From Tepidiformaceae bacterium (GTDB lineage: Bacteria > Chloroflexota > Dehalococcoidia > Tepidiformales > Tepidiformaceae), in assembly GCA_036508775.1 (NCBI GenBank), contig DATCGT010000257.1:1-35182 (forward strand): a stretch of DNA of 35,182 bases, written 5' to 3'. The notes beneath the pieces were generated by a model, which saw only the letters and a list, made by a program, of their open reading frames with translations, was not told where the DNA came from and did no database searches. A program made the translations under genes and the position numbers. This document shows, piece by piece, positions 34,416-35,182 of the stretch. Numbering within the stretch: the stretch's first letter is position 1; each line of letters begins with the position of its first letter.

Positions 34416-35182
34416 TTACTCGACCGTCACGGTCTTGGCGAGGTTGCGTGGCTGGTCCACGTCGCAGCCGCGGGCCACGGCGAGATAGTAGCTCAACAAC
34501 TGGACCGGAATTGCGGCGACAAGGGGCTCAAGCAACTCAGGGACATCCGGCAACTCAATGGAGTGATCGGCCATTCCGGCCACCTCGGCGTCGCCTTCCG
34601 TGATGATGGCGATGACCTCGCCATCACGGGCCTGGACCTGTTGCAGGTTGGACACGGTCTTCGCTCGTAACGCGTGCTTCGTAGCAATCGCCACGGTCGG
34701 GAAGGACGCATCAATCAATGCGATCGGCCCGTGCTTCATCTCGCCGGCGGCATACCCCTCGGCGTGGATGTAGCTGATCTCCTTCATCTTGAGGGCGCCT
34801 TCCATCGCGGTTGGGAAGGCGAGTCCCCGGCCGATGAAGAGGAAATCCTCGGCGTCAACGAAATGGCGGGCGAGGGCCTCGTAAGGCGCAGGGTTCACGA
34901 GAGCCCGCGCGACGGCATCGGGCACGCGAGCGAGTGCTTCCAGCGCATCCTGGAGCCCGGAGACCGTCAGCGCTCGCTTCGCTTCGCCAAGCCTGAGGGC
35001 GAGTGCATACATTGCCACCATCGCGGAGACGTAGGTTTTGGTGCTCGCGACCCCGCGCTCGAGGCCCGCACGGGTGTAAACCGTTCCGTCGGCAACGCGG
35101 GTTGTCTGGGCGCCTTCGACGTTACAGACCGTCACGAGGAGCGCTCCCGCGCGTTTGGCTACGGCCATCGCCTCGAGCACAT
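34416..35182 (-). CDS. glmS: Glutamine--fructose-6-phosphate aminotransferase, C-terminal SIS-domain part (5' part beyond the window end)
   Basis: ...GVASTKTYVSAMV..., ...MEGALKMKEISYIHAEGYAAGEMKHGPIALID..., and the characteristic C-terminus DQPRNLAKTVTVE. The reading frame stays open to the window edge. Confidence 0.93.
   Translation of the reverse strand, partial: VLEAMAVAKRAGALLVTVCNVEGAQTTRVADGTVYTRAGLERGVASTKTYVSAMVAMYALALRLGEAKRALTVSGLQDALEALARVPDAVARALVNPAPYEALARHFVDAEDFLFIGRGLAFPTAMEGALKMKEISYIHAEGYAAGEMKHGPIALIDASFPTVAIATKHALRAKTVSNLQQVQARDGEVIAIITEGDAEVAGMADHSIELPDVPELLEPLVAAIPVQLLSYYLAVARGCDVDQPRNLAKTVTVE

Noticed and set aside
32336-34603. 370-aa and 312-aa plus-strand ORFs antisense to ppsA (the second extends into glmS)
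   Set aside because: They are antisense to a full-length PEP synthase and have a biased Arg/Gly/Asp/Val composition. The second crosses a spacer and two genes, which argues against a real gene.
1-35182. Search for CRISPR arrays, IS elements or inverted terminal repeats, integrases, tRNA/rRNA genes, toxin-antitoxin pairs and defence-system hallmarks
   Set aside because: None seen. There are no regularly spaced repeats, no transposase-, integrase-, nuclease- or ATPase-like ORFs outside housekeeping families, and no tRNA-like cloverleaf in any spacer over 60 nt. Composition is uniform apart from short A/T-richer promoter spacers.

Overview
This is a GC-rich bacterial chromosomal segment with a strong G/C preference at codon position 3. 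It is densely packed with about 34 protein genes. I saw no rRNA, tRNA, CRISPR array, IS/transposase, integrase or phage-like gene. The content is almost entirely core housekeeping.

Gene order:
- Minus strand: argS (5' part, open-ended at the window start), a DUF402 gene, two small ORFs, a VOC/glyoxalase gene, and a DUF35 gene paired with a thiolase-fold gene.
- Plus strand: an arginine cluster argC-argJ-argB-argD-[SdpI-like membrane gene]-argG-[116-aa orphan ORF], then a GH13 alpha-glucosidase, a 184-aa orphan and leuS.
- Minus strand: an 84-aa basic orphan, then an operon-like run htrA-[GH18-like membrane protein]-rsmD-coaD-[coiled-coil protein].
- Plus strand: greA-lysS-NUDIX-serS.
- Then clpP (-) and typA (+).
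- Minus strand: ppsA-dgt-[SH3b/CARDB membrane protein]-dnaG, and the 3' part of glmS (-).

Several ORF-track entries carry artificial N-terminal extensions. I re-set those starts using Shine-Dalgarno (SD) positions and family N-termini. The many long arginine-rich ORFs antisense to recognisable genes are GC artefacts.

I do not see a convincing new multi-gene system such as a defence island, a mobile element or a repeat array. The items most worth a second look are:
1. The thiolase-fold protein whose three catalytic fingerprints all appear substituted, paired with a DUF35 protein.
2. A GH18-like protein lacking the DxDxE catalytic residues, sitting in the htrA-rsmD-coaD operon.
3. An intrinsic-terminator-like element in the greA leader.
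4. The interrupted arg cluster, with an orphan ORF translationally coupled to argG.
5. A long structured leader in front of leuS.

The taxon is only a guess: codon usage and gene content would fit Chloroflexota/Thermomicrobia or another high-GC lineage.
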